Positions 31,028 through 40,279 are shown, counted from the first letter of the stretch. The stretch is DNA of 64,000 nt from a candidate division FCPU426 bacterium (GCA_963719085.1 CAVRAL010000001.1:800001-864000), one strand, 5' to 3'. The notes: generated by a model from the letters alone, not told the origin. A program made the numbers and translations.

Positions 31028-31055
31028 ATTTGGTATAACTGTAATTATACCGAAT
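31028..31055. other. dif-like tyrosine recombinase site (11-6-11)
   Basis: ATTTGGTATAA-CTGTAA-TTATACCGAAT; the arms are 10/11 identical inverted repeats with the TAA-N6-TTA core of dif sites. Confidence 0.7.
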
Positions 31056-31071
31056 AACTTTCCGGGTTCAA
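31044..31071 (-). promoter_or_regulatory. Putative sigma70 promoter of the recombinase, overlapping the dif-like site
   Basis: Minus strand TTGAAC-N16-TATAAT; the -10 box lies inside the palindrome. Confidence 0.55.
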
Positions 31072-31090
31072 GCCTAAAATGAAAGCCCAA

Positions 31091-31858
31091 TTAAATCTGG
31101 TTGATCGCCCGCTGAAAACCATCGGGGTCTTCCAACGGGACCAAGTGCCCCGCGCCCTCAAAGATTTTCAATTCGCTATCGGGGATGGCCTGGGCCATGG
31201 TTTGAGATTCGCTATTCGGAAACATGGCGTCTTCTTGGCCGGCCCAGACATGAGCCTTCACTTTGATATTTGGCAGCCATGCGCTTTGATCCCGGCGGCT
31301 GGCCATGACCCTTTGGGCTAAAGCGACCCCTGGGGCCGGGGCTTCTTGGAGCCATTGGCCCAGCAGTGCGGCAGTTTGGGGTTTATTCCGCAAGGTCGTC
31401 TTGCCCAGTAAGCCCGGAACCATCCCTTCGGCTATGCCGGCCATTCCCTCTTTTTCCACTTGATCGGCCATCTGAAGCCGTTTGGACCGTCCCTCGGGCT
31501 TATCCACGCCGGCCCGGGTGGAGATCAAAAGGAGTTGTTCGATCCGATTAGGGAACAAGCGGGCAAATTCCATGGCCCAATAGCCGCCCATCGAGATTCC
31601 GCCAAGAGTAAAGGGCGTTTGAACGCCCAGGTCGATCAAATGCTGTTCCAGTGACTGGGATAAGAGGGTGAAATCAGGCACGTCTATTGGTCGGGGCAAA
31701 GGCGAAAGTCCAAACCCGGGAAAATCGGGAAAAATAAAACGGGTTCCCGCCCGGGGCTGGAGGGTCCGCCACATTTGATGGGAAAGGGGAAAAGCGTGCA
31801 AAAGAATGACAGGTTTCCCCTGTCCAACGGTCACTGACTTAACAAGCAGTTGAGCCAC
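31091..31858 (-). CDS. Alpha/beta fold hydrolase
   Basis: LHAFP, DFPGFG, nucleophile motif GISMGG and AGHL. Confidence 0.92.
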   Translation of the reverse strand: MAQLLVKSVTVGQGKPVILLHAFPLSHQMWRTLQPRAGTRFIFPDFPGFGLSPLPRPIDVPDFTLLSQSLEQHLIDLGVQTPFTLGGISMGGYWAMEFARLFPNRIEQLLLISTRAGVDKPEGRSKRLQMADQVEKEGMAGIAEGMVPGLLGKTTLRNKPQTAALLGQWLQEAPAPGVALAQRVMASRRDQSAWLPNIKVKAHVWAGQEDAMFPNSESQTMAQAIPDSELKIFEGAGHLVPLEDPDGFQRAINQI

Positions 31859-31905
31859 CGTTGTTTCCTCGAAATTTTGACGGCAAAGGGCCTAAACGAG
31901 GCGGT

Positions 31906-32514
31906 TTAAGAGGCGTTAGGGGTTACGGTGCCCGTGGGAACTTCTTTAGGGTTAACCGCGTTTTTGACCTTATCCCAGAGGGTGGGCCCCGGGGTGGGCG
32001 TGACCGTGGCGGTCGGGGTGGGCGTGGGCGCGACCCGAGCGTCGATCAGGATATCCCGGTCATGACCGCCTTTTTGGACGGTTTCAATCACATGAACCAC
32101 GATGGCGTATTCGGATTTATCCAGGTCAAAAAACTTTCCATAGATCGCGATTCTTTCCCCGGGCTTGAGCGCGTTCAGTTCGCTCAAATCCCCGGTTTGG
32201 ACGGGGAAAAGCAACAGGGGAAACGAATAATGAAGGTCGTCCTTTTCTTTGATTGAGAATTTTAAAAGATTAAATTGATCGACATTTAAGCCCGCGGCCT
32301 TCAATTTTTCCCGGTACTCAAATGGTTTTTTCCATTCGTAGGAGCTGAAGCTTCCTTCGGATTGAATCATGCGTCCGTTTTCCACCTCGTAATAATACTG
32401 ACGAAGAAAGTCAAAATTGGTCATTTCATATTGGGTAAAGTAAAAATCGGGCGTGGGATCGGCCCAAAGCGGAGCGGCCATCAGGGACAACAAAAGGAAA
32501 AGAATGGGTTTCAA
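31906..32514 (-). CDS. Secreted hypothetical protein with possible OB-fold and Pro/Thr tail
   Basis: Signal peptide ending PLWA, LKPGERIAIYGKF strand pattern, PTPTPTATVTPTP tail. Confidence 0.55.
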   Translation of the reverse strand: MKPILFLLLSLMAAPLWADPTPDFYFTQYEMTNFDFLRQYYYEVENGRMIQSEGSFSSYEWKKPFEYREKLKAAGLNVDQFNLLKFSIKEKDDLHYSFPLLLFPVQTGDLSELNALKPGERIAIYGKFFDLDKSEYAIVVHVIETVQKGGHDRDILIDARVAPTPTPTATVTPTPGPTLWDKVKNAVNPKEVPTGTVTPNAS

Positions 32515-32607
32515 AGGGGTCTCCCTTTTTTATTTCTTAAACGAGCCATTATAGCCAGACTTTTTGCATCCACCAACGAGATTGTGGCTCTTCCCCGCCG
32601 GCTTGGG

Positions 32608-35600
32608 CTAAAAAATAGGGGCTAAATTAAAAATAAACTCCGGCGGGACGTTCTCATCGGTGCGCCAAGCCACGTCAAACCTTAATTCCACTAAGGATTG
32701 CTGGAACAAGAAACTGTAAAAACGGATGCCGGCTCCCACGCTGTTATGAAAAACGCTTTGGGGCAATTCCCCGATTTTGTCCGAAACAACCCCCGTGTCC
32801 ATGAAAACCGCCAGTTCCACATCCTTGATCAACAGAAAAGACAGGGGCTGTAAAACAAAGTTCAGGTTTTCGACCAAGGGATACCGCAATTCGGTGTTCC
32901 AAAGCGCCACATTGCTTCCAAAAAAAGTCTGTCCCCCGAATCCCCGGATCGTGGTGAAGTAGGATTGAAAGGGCTGGTCGTCCCCGAGGAAAAACGTCTG
33001 GGGGTCCGGGCCTTGGGAGGTGATGCCGACTAAGCGGTTGGCCCAGACCAAGTGATTGAGGAAATCAAAATTAACGTAAGCTTGGGTCTCTAAAAAGACG
33101 TTGGCGAAATTGACGTTGGAATCCAGCACGGGAAGCGATTGAAGGAGCGTCAGATTGTAGGAGTAGCCGCTGTCGGGCCAAAATTGGGTTCCCCGGCGGT
33201 GATCTTTGATGTAGGCCAGCCGGTAAAAATTGGCCACATCCCATTGGCTGGAATTTTGGTTGTAGTTGGAAATCCCCTCGTTGAACTGCAGGTAAAGCGG
33301 GTTGCCTTGGAAGCGCTGGCTGCCCACGCCGTACTCCACCCGGGTATAGGTATCCAGCGGATAGCTGAAGGTCAGATCAAAACCGTTTTCATTGTCCCGG
33401 TACTGGTTCACGATATTCCCGGTTTGAAGGTCATAAAGCTGTAGGTAATTTTGATAGTAGTAAAAATCAAAATCGACCGTGGTTCTCCACTGGGAGAATT
33501 CATAGCCCAGCTGGATTCCGGTTTGGACGCTGGGGATGGAGTTGCCCACCAGCGAAATGCGGTGGTCCCCCAGGTAATCGCTCATTTGAACCACTCCCCC
33601 GCCCACAAAGCCGAAGGAACTGTCGTAGCCGGCCAGGAACAACAGGATATCGGGCGTCATTTTGATTCCGTAATCGTGGCCCTCGGTTTTGGATTGGGGA
33701 ACGGCGTCCACGATGGAAGACGGCGCGCTTTCGCCCGACGCGTTCTCGGCGGTCACGTAATAAAAGTAATGCTGGGCGGACTCCACCTCGAAATCGTTGA
33801 ACACATTCACGTTCGCGTTGGCGGTTTTCCCCGCGAAGCGGAAGGGCGCGCCCGGGGCCGTGGCCCGGTAAACGCGGTAATCATCCACCGGCGTCTCTTC
33901 CCCCTCGGTGGCGGTCCACTGGAGTTGGACCAGATTCGTCGCTTGAACCACCTGCAAGGCCGAAACCGGCGCCGGTTGGGACGGTTGGGGGCCCGCGGCC
34001 GCCGGAAGCGGGACCGGCTTCGCGTTGGGGTCCGAGGCGTCCAAGGCGGTCACGGTGTTGGAAACGGGGATCACCTTGGCGGCCCCGGAAAAGTCATTGG
34101 CCAGGAAAACGGCCCCACCGGGTGGATTGGGCAGGCGCTCGAACGCCTCCTGTTTAAACTGATAAAGCGATTCTTTCGATTTTTGGTAGAGGCCGACGTA
34201 AAAGAAATTCTCATCCGGCGACACCGAGACACTGAGGGTGTCCGTGAAGGTGTTGGTCAATTGGGTGAGGTGGGCGCCGTTCAAATCCATTTGATAGAGG
34301 TTAAATATTTTATTGTTCCGGTTCGAGGTGAAATAAATCGATTGCCCGACCGCCTGGAACGAGGTGATGGAGTCCAGATCCTTCCCCAGGGTCACCGGAA
34401 GGGCTTGCGGGTCCGGCAGACCGTCCTGGGTTAAACGCAGTTGAATCAGCGCGGTGGTCCCGGAATCCTCTTGAAGGTAAAAAATCGAATCGCCCCGGGT
34501 GGAATACTGGGCCCAGGACTTGTTGGCGGTGCTTTGGGTGAGGCGGTCCACCCGCCCGGTGGCCAGCTCATAACGGTATAGGTCGGTTGAAAAATAATCG
34601 TATCCGGAAAACAGGATATATTTTTGATCGATGGACCAAGCCGGCGAAAAAAGCATGGGGAGATTTTTGACCGGGTATTCCTCGGACTTGCGGGTCCTCA
34701 CTTGGGTGACCCAAAGCCGGTTTTCCCCGTTCCGGTTGACGACGGCGGCGATAAATTGACCGTCCGGCGACCAAGCCAAACCGGACCCGCGGGTATTGAA
34801 CGTATCGCTCTTTAAAACATGCTTCTCTTTGGTGGTGGTATCCAGGATTCCCAGCTCGTCCCGCTTCAGGTAGGCCACCCAGCGCCCGTCCGGCGACACC
34901 GCGCTTTTGCCGGCTCCGGCTTCCAGCACTTCCCCGTATTTTTCAGGGACAGGCAAGCCTTGGATGCGGGCCCAGGTCTGGGCTTTGAGGAAAAAGTGCC
35001 AGTTTTGGTAGAGCTGATCCATGCTGAGGCCGAAAAGATTTTTGATCACGGCGTCCGGCGATTGGTTGTTCGCCATTCTTTTCATCATGTCGGGAACCTT
35101 GTCCGGGCCGTAAACTTGGGTGACATAGTCCAGGATGCTTTGGGATTCCTTGTAAGCGGTGTAAACCTGGGGAAAATGCCCGAAGGAGTTCAGCAGATTC
35201 AAGGGCAGCACGTCGTCATTGAGGATCGCGTCCCGCAAAACCATTTCCCCCTGCCCGTCCAAATGCTGGGCGTTCCATTCGGCCATGCCTTCCATCATCC
35301 AAGTGGGCACCAAGACGGATTTAAACAAATTGATGGACCGCCAGCCTTCGCCGTAAATCAGGTTGTATTGAAAGGCGTGGGTCAGCTCATGGGTGATGAC
35401 CTTATTCAACTCGTAATAAGAGCCGTCCATGGGGACCACGATCCGGTTTTTAAAAACCTCGGTAAAGCCGCCCACGCCCTCATCCAGGAATTCCTCCGTA
35501 ATGTTGGTTTCTTGGAACTGCTGGGGGGTGCCATAGATGAAAAGCGGGATTTTATTTTGAGGCTGGGGGACATAATTGAACATCCGGCTGGTTTTTAAAA

Positions 35601-35829
35601 AAGCCGCTTCGCAGTCTTGGCTGGCGATTTGGGCTAATTTCTCGCAAGGGTCATAATAGTAAATTTCGAAATGATCAGTTTCCAGAACGCGCCAATGGAG
35701 GTCATCGTGATACCGGACTTTGTTGATCCCGAACTCAAGCGCGTCCGCGCCGGTGAGAAAGCCAAAAAACAGCAACAACCAAGCCCCGACGATGGGTTTC
35801 CAGGTTTTTGAGAGGAAAACAAAATTCAT
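32608..35829 (-). CDS. Omp85/BamA-TamA family protein with N-terminal zinc-peptidase-like domain, TolB-like propeller and FN3 domain
   Basis: HELTH...WMMEGMAE, SPDG/WSPDG repeats, FN3 (LQW...YRVYR...YYVTAEN..GES), barrel with IRGF and GAGIRF, terminal Phe. Confidence 0.82.
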   Translation of the reverse strand: MNFVFLSKTWKPIVGAWLLLFFGFLTGADALEFGINKVRYHDDLHWRVLETDHFEIYYYDPCEKLAQIASQDCEAAFLKTSRMFNYVPQPQNKIPLFIYGTPQQFQETNITEEFLDEGVGGFTEVFKNRIVVPMDGSYYELNKVITHELTHAFQYNLIYGEGWRSINLFKSVLVPTWMMEGMAEWNAQHLDGQGEMVLRDAILNDDVLPLNLLNSFGHFPQVYTAYKESQSILDYVTQVYGPDKVPDMMKRMANNQSPDAVIKNLFGLSMDQLYQNWHFFLKAQTWARIQGLPVPEKYGEVLEAGAGKSAVSPDGRWVAYLKRDELGILDTTTKEKHVLKSDTFNTRGSGLAWSPDGQFIAAVVNRNGENRLWVTQVRTRKSEEYPVKNLPMLFSPAWSIDQKYILFSGYDYFSTDLYRYELATGRVDRLTQSTANKSWAQYSTRGDSIFYLQEDSGTTALIQLRLTQDGLPDPQALPVTLGKDLDSITSFQAVGQSIYFTSNRNNKIFNLYQMDLNGAHLTQLTNTFTDTLSVSVSPDENFFYVGLYQKSKESLYQFKQEAFERLPNPPGGAVFLANDFSGAAKVIPVSNTVTALDASDPNAKPVPLPAAAGPQPSQPAPVSALQVVQATNLVQLQWTATEGEETPVDDYRVYRATAPGAPFRFAGKTANANVNVFNDFEVESAQHYFYYVTAENASGESAPSSIVDAVPQSKTEGHDYGIKMTPDILLFLAGYDSSFGFVGGGVVQMSDYLGDHRISLVGNSIPSVQTGIQLGYEFSQWRTTVDFDFYYYQNYLQLYDLQTGNIVNQYRDNENGFDLTFSYPLDTYTRVEYGVGSQRFQGNPLYLQFNEGISNYNQNSSQWDVANFYRLAYIKDHRRGTQFWPDSGYSYNLTLLQSLPVLDSNVNFANVFLETQAYVNFDFLNHLVWANRLVGITSQGPDPQTFFLGDDQPFQSYFTTIRGFGGQTFFGSNVALWNTELRYPLVENLNFVLQPLSFLLIKDVELAVFMDTGVVSDKIGELPQSVFHNSVGAGIRFYSFLFQQSLVELRFDVAWRTDENVPPEFIFNLAPIF

Positions 35830-35875
35830 GCAGGACCCTTCACAAAATGACCGGATGAGCTAGAACCCGGATGTT

Positions 35876-37717
35876 TTAGCGAAGCGCGCCGATCCAAATG
35901 CCCAGCCGGTTGATCGAAGGGTACCATAAATTTTCAGGGCAAACGAAAGCCACGTTGGCGCCGTTGGGCGTCGGGGCCGGGTCCCGGGTCGCGATTTGGG
36001 GCAAAATGAGGTTTTGAACGGTGTCGAGGTTCGCGTCCAATATTTTGACATGGGTAAAGCCGGTGGTTTTCCCGAAAATTTTCTCGTTTTGCTCAAACAA
36101 GATCTTTTGGGCGTCCGGGGTCCAGGTGATTTTCCCGATGGAGTCGCTCGTCTCGTAAAGTTTCGCCTCCTTGGAACCGTCCGGATGAACGGTCCAAAGG
36201 CTGGTCAGCTTCCCGTCCTGGCGGACGAATAAAAAGCGGAATCCGTCGGGGGCCGGAATGACTTTAACCAAAGTGAAGTGATGCGGCGGAAGGTCCGCGG
36301 GATTGATCGCCTCATCGTGGTCGGCGCCTAAAAGACGCAGTTCTTGGCTTTTTTTGGCGGCCAGGGAGTAAACCTGGAGGGTGGAGGCGGTTCCGGTTCC
36401 CTCGATATAGGCGATCGATTTTGAGCCGTGGATCCAAGAAGGCGACGCGAGGGAATCGTTGGAAAGAAGGATGGTTTTAAACTTCTTTTTCAAAGGCGAA
36501 ACCGTGAGTATGGCGTTTTGCCCGTCTTTTTCCGCCAGAAAAAGAAATTCGCCCAAGTCCTCGGACCAAAGCGAGCCGTCCCCGGTTTGGATCACGCCGT
36601 TTTCAGTCAACGTTTGTTGGGCGGAGGTGGAAAGATTGGTCAACCGAAGATTCCGGGTTCCGCCGGAGCTGACATCCGACAGGATGTATTTTCCGTTCGC
36701 GACGAAAACCGGCGTGAAGGAGTCGTCCCCCGCGGGATATTTAATCATGGGGTTTTTGCGGTCATTCGGGGTAAAGAGCTCCAAATACCATTGGTCGGTT
36801 TTAACCGAGAAGGCCAGTTTTTTTCCGTCGGGCGCGTAGCTGAGCGCGTACACGTCGCCGGCGATTCCCTTCACGGCCGAATCCAGCTCAATCAGGTTGC
36901 ATTGGGATTCTTTATTGAAGAAAAAGTTGTAAGCCGAAGGAACCAACAAGGCGATGGTTCCCAAAAGACAAACCGCCCGGATCCAAACCCGGCCCTCGGG
37001 CGATGAAAAAGGCGAGGAGCTGATGGAAACCAAGACCATGACCAAGGAGAAAAAAGCCAAGATGAGTCCCACCAAAACAAAAAAGTTTATGGTGAGGGAG
37101 GCCAGGAAAGCCAAGGCCAGGGCCAAGGAGGCGATCTTAAGTCCGGCGTATTCGGGCGAGCGATTTTTAAAATGCGATACCACGTACCAAAGCAGATAGG
37201 ACAGGAATAACAGGAACAGAAGCAGCAACAAGACCACGTTTTGCATCTTGGGCCAAAAACGCAGGCCCACCCCGATGGCGTAAAAGGCCAAGAGGTATAG
37301 GAAAAAGCTTTGTGTTCCAATGAGCGGAATCTTCCAGCTGTGGGGAAATTGACGGCTGTTTTTAGCGGCGGCGGCGTAGGCGTTTCGGGTCATGGCCCTT
37401 GACCTGGCGATGAACAACAAGCCGATCCCCGTCAGCAAAAAGGGCCAGCTGGTGACGGACGCGGTCAAGGGGCCGGTCACGTCGGGAATTTTAAAAAACG
37501 CTTTTTTGGTGAAGACCGTGATCCAGGTCAAACCGACGATCGCGAAACCGATCAGCGCGATGGTGGTGATGGATAAGAAGGATAAAACATTTTTAAGGAA
37601 ACTTTGGCCGGACGCCAGCAATTTTTCAACCCAGGGCCGGGGCGCCGGCGCGGCCGGGGGCGCGTCTTGCGGTCCGGGGGTGTTTTGCGCGTTGATTGGG
37701 GAGTCAGCCACGGTCAT
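35876..37717 (-). CDS. Multi-TM membrane protein with C-terminal TolB-like beta-propeller
   Basis: Several N-terminal TM helices, then APDG, PSW and WTPD repeats. Confidence 0.65.
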   Translation of the reverse strand: MTVADSPINAQNTPGPQDAPPAAPAPRPWVEKLLASGQSFLKNVLSFLSITTIALIGFAIVGLTWITVFTKKAFFKIPDVTGPLTASVTSWPFLLTGIGLLFIARSRAMTRNAYAAAAKNSRQFPHSWKIPLIGTQSFFLYLLAFYAIGVGLRFWPKMQNVVLLLLLFLLFLSYLLWYVVSHFKNRSPEYAGLKIASLALALAFLASLTINFFVLVGLILAFFSLVMVLVSISSSPFSSPEGRVWIRAVCLLGTIALLVPSAYNFFFNKESQCNLIELDSAVKGIAGDVYALSYAPDGKKLAFSVKTDQWYLELFTPNDRKNPMIKYPAGDDSFTPVFVANGKYILSDVSSGGTRNLRLTNLSTSAQQTLTENGVIQTGDGSLWSEDLGEFLFLAEKDGQNAILTVSPLKKKFKTILLSNDSLASPSWIHGSKSIAYIEGTGTASTLQVYSLAAKKSQELRLLGADHDEAINPADLPPHHFTLVKVIPAPDGFRFLFVRQDGKLTSLWTVHPDGSKEAKLYETSDSIGKITWTPDAQKILFEQNEKIFGKTTGFTHVKILDANLDTVQNLILPQIATRDPAPTPNGANVAFVCPENLWYPSINRLGIWIGALR

Positions 37718-37749
37718 CCTCCAAAAGTGGTTTTGGTTTTCGCGATCGG

Positions 37750-38715
37750 CTAAAAGGCTTTGTAGTCCAACTCGAGCCCCAGGTGCGACTGGCTTAAGAA
37801 TGAAAAGGGCGTCAGGTTATCAAGCATTTGGCGGAATTTCGGCGGCGCGTCCAGATAAACCTCGGGTGTTCCCTTGATGCCGGCCAATTTGGCTGTGGCG
37901 TCCACCGCGTCCTCGTAATTGCCCAACTCGTCGATGAAACCCAGCTCACAGGCCTTTCGGCCGGTCAAAACCCGTCCATCGGCGTATTGCAGGATATATT
38001 GCCGGATTTGGGCGTCGCCGATTTTGTCCGCTTTTTGGCCGGTGGTTTTGGCTAATTTCGCCTGGAAAACTTTCCGGCGGGAATCCAAAACGGATTGAAG
38101 AAATTGCCCGAAGACATCATTGATGGTGGATTGGAGATAGTCGCGCTCTTGGGGGGTCATGGAACGGCTGAAACTTCCCGTGTCTTTAAACTTCCCGCTT
38201 TTGATGGTTTGGAATTTTAAGCCGACTTTGTCCAAAAGCGAGGAAGCGTCGGGAAACTCGGCGATCACGCCGATGGAAGCCGTCAGGGTGCCCGGATCGG
38301 CGATGATCTTATCGGTGGCCGCGGCGATGTAGTAGGCTCCCGAGGCCGCCACGCTGGACATGCTGGCCACGACGATTTTTTTATCGGCGCGGGCCTTTAA
38401 GATTTCGGAATAAATTTCCTGGGACGGGGCCACCGCCCCGCCGGGGCTGTTCAAACGAAGCAAAAGGGCCTTGGAGGAGCCCAGGCGGAACTCTTTGATC
38501 CTTCGGACCAGGTCGTCGCTCTCATAAATCGGCCCGTTGATCTCGATCAAGGTGATCTGGTCGGAGCCGCCCGAACCCTGGCCCACATGGCCGATGATTT
38601 TCTCGGCGCAAACGGCCACCACGATCAGGCTGATCACGAAAAACAGGCCCAAACCCAGCAATAAATAGACAAAGGAGTGGCTGGTGGAAGGCGCGGTCGG
38701 CGGGTTGGGTTTCAT
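37750..38715 (-). CDS. sppA: Signal peptide peptidase SppA (S49, 36K type)
   Basis: NSPGG, AASGAYYIA, SIGV, KSGKFKD and ADGRV. Confidence 0.94.
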   Translation of the reverse strand: MKPNPPTAPSTSHSFVYLLLGLGLFFVISLIVVAVCAEKIIGHVGQGSGGSDQITLIEINGPIYESDDLVRRIKEFRLGSSKALLLRLNSPGGAVAPSQEIYSEILKARADKKIVVASMSSVAASGAYYIAAATDKIIADPGTLTASIGVIAEFPDASSLLDKVGLKFQTIKSGKFKDTGSFSRSMTPQERDYLQSTINDVFGQFLQSVLDSRRKVFQAKLAKTTGQKADKIGDAQIRQYILQYADGRVLTGRKACELGFIDELGNYEDAVDATAKLAGIKGTPEVYLDAPPKFRQMLDNLTPFSFLSQSHLGLELDYKAF

Positions 38716-38724
38716 GGAAAACGA

Positions 38725-38753
38725 ATTTTAACAGACAATGGGGGTCGATGCAA
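38725..38753 (-). promoter_or_regulatory. Sigma70 promoter of sppA (near-leaderless)
   Basis: Minus strand TTGCAT-N17-TAAAAT with TG extension, 9 nt before the ATG. Confidence 0.6.
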
Positions 38754-38762
38754 CCAACAGTC

Positions 38763-38897
38763 TTAGAGTCGCTAACAAAACCTTTTCACAATGATAAACA
38801 CGGATGAACGCAGGGAGGAATGGCCGAAATCCTATGATTTCCCCAAATCAGCGTTCATCATTGTTCAGTGACTTTGAGTTTGATTAGAAGTTCTTAA
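38763..38897. repeat. Degenerate palindromic (REP/MITE-like) element
   Basis: GATGAACGC (38803-38811) / GCGTTCATC (38851-38859) inverted core, with imperfect outer inverted ends. Confidence 0.45.
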
Positions 38898-38898
38898 T

Positions 38899-39345
38899 TC
38901 AATGGTCTTTCCAGCGGTTTCCAAGGTATCCCGGCGGTTTTTTCCATCCCGATTGGATTCCCTCCAAAATTTCAAGCCGGACGTCCGGATGCAGGGTCAT
39001 GGACATCAACTCGGATAGGGGATAATAAGCGGCGTCCCGTAAAACATTGTCCGGCGTTACGGTAATTTGGGTCTGGTGGGAGGTGACGCGGAAATAAAGG
39101 TTCAACACTTGCCGGTGGCGGTCCGGTGGAATCGAGTCCTGGACCAAAACCAGCTCCCCCACCTCAATCGGGAGCCCCACTTCTTCCACAAATTCCCTTT
39201 TCAAGGCTTCTTCCAGGGTTTCGCCAAACTCCACCCCGCCTCCGGGCAGCAGCCAATAGCTTTTTCCATTCTTTTCATGCCGAACTAAAAGAATGGTGTC
39301 ATCCTTTAAAAACAATCCCGCCACGCGGATTCGAATGTTCGCCAC
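38899..39345 (-). CDS. NUDIX hydrolase
   Basis: Nudix box GGGVEFGETLEEALKREFVEEVG. Confidence 0.93.
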   Translation of the reverse strand: MANIRIRVAGLFLKDDTILLVRHEKNGKSYWLLPGGGVEFGETLEEALKREFVEEVGLPIEVGELVLVQDSIPPDRHRQVLNLYFRVTSHQTQITVTPDNVLRDAAYYPLSELMSMTLHPDVRLEILEGIQSGWKKPPGYLGNRWKDH

Positions 39346-39355
39346 GCTGTTCCTC

Positions 39356-40279
39356 CTAGGCCTTGATCAAATCACTCAAAATGAAACCGATCACGTCCGA
39401 GATTTTATCCCGTTCGTCCAGATTGATCCACTGAACTGAATGCTGGTGTTTGAACCAGGTCCATTGCCGTTTGGCGTATTGGCGGGTGCGCCGGAAAATT
39501 TTTTCTTTGGCTTCCGCTTCCGTCATCTGTTGGCTCAAATAAGCGTCCGCCTCTTGATAGCCGATGGCGCCCCAGACCGGATGATCCTCCGAAAGGCCCG
39601 AGCGCCGCAAAAACCGGGCCTCGTCCAAAAGTCCCCGGCGCCACATGGTCTCGACGCGTTCCCGCAAGCGCAGGTCAAGTTTTTCCCGGCTTCTTTCCAA
39701 ACCATAAAACTTAAACTGGTCGGGTTGAAAGGCGGGCGCGGGCCTGAGCGAGGGAGCCCCATAGGATTTTTCCAAGGCCCGGCCGATCCGGTAAATATCG
39801 TTGGGATGGATCCGTTTCGCCGATTCCGGAGATCGTTCCATAAGCCACTGATATGATTTTTCGGGGCCCTTTTCGGTGATTTGATCCGAAATCCAGGAAC
39901 GCAGTTCCAACGCCGGCGCTTCCCCCTCGGGCACGCCTTCCACCAGGGCCTTCAAATAAAAACCCGACCCGCCCACGACCACGAGTTTTTTTCCCTCCGC
40001 CTGACAGGTCTTGATGAGGCTGGACGACCTTCGGGCGAATTCCGCCGCGTTCCAGGTTTCGCCCATGTCCAGGCAATCCACCAAATGATGCGGGACTTGG
40101 CGCCGCTCCTCAATTGAGGGCTGGGCGGTCCCCACGGACAAACCTCGATAGACCTGAAAAGCGTCAGCCGAAAGTATCTCCGCGCCCCATTCCCGGGCCA
40201 ATTGGAAGGCTACCTCAGACTTGCCCACACCCGTGGGGCCGACTAAGACCGGGTAAGGGATCAGGGAAACTCCGCTCAA
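39356..40279 (-). CDS. miaA: tRNA dimethylallyltransferase
   Basis: GPTGVGKS, VGGSGFY, IHPND, AIGY and TRQYAKRQ; follows mutL. Confidence 0.95.
   Translation of the reverse strand: MSGVSLIPYPVLVGPTGVGKSEVAFQLAREWGAEILSADAFQVYRGLSVGTAQPSIEERRQVPHHLVDCLDMGETWNAAEFARRSSSLIKTCQAEGKKLVVVGGSGFYLKALVEGVPEGEAPALELRSWISDQITEKGPEKSYQWLMERSPESAKRIHPNDIYRIGRALEKSYGAPSLRPAPAFQPDQFKFYGLERSREKLDLRLRERVETMWRRGLLDEARFLRRSGLSEDHPVWGAIGYQEADAYLSQQMTEAEAKEKIFRRTRQYAKRQWTWFKHQHSVQWINLDERDKISDVIGFILSDLIKA

Noticed and set aside
29966..32514. Integron (IntI with attI and cassettes)
   Set aside because: I see no IntI-specific insertion before the HxxR box, no attC-like repeats, and the upstream genes are co-directional rather than a divergent cassette array.
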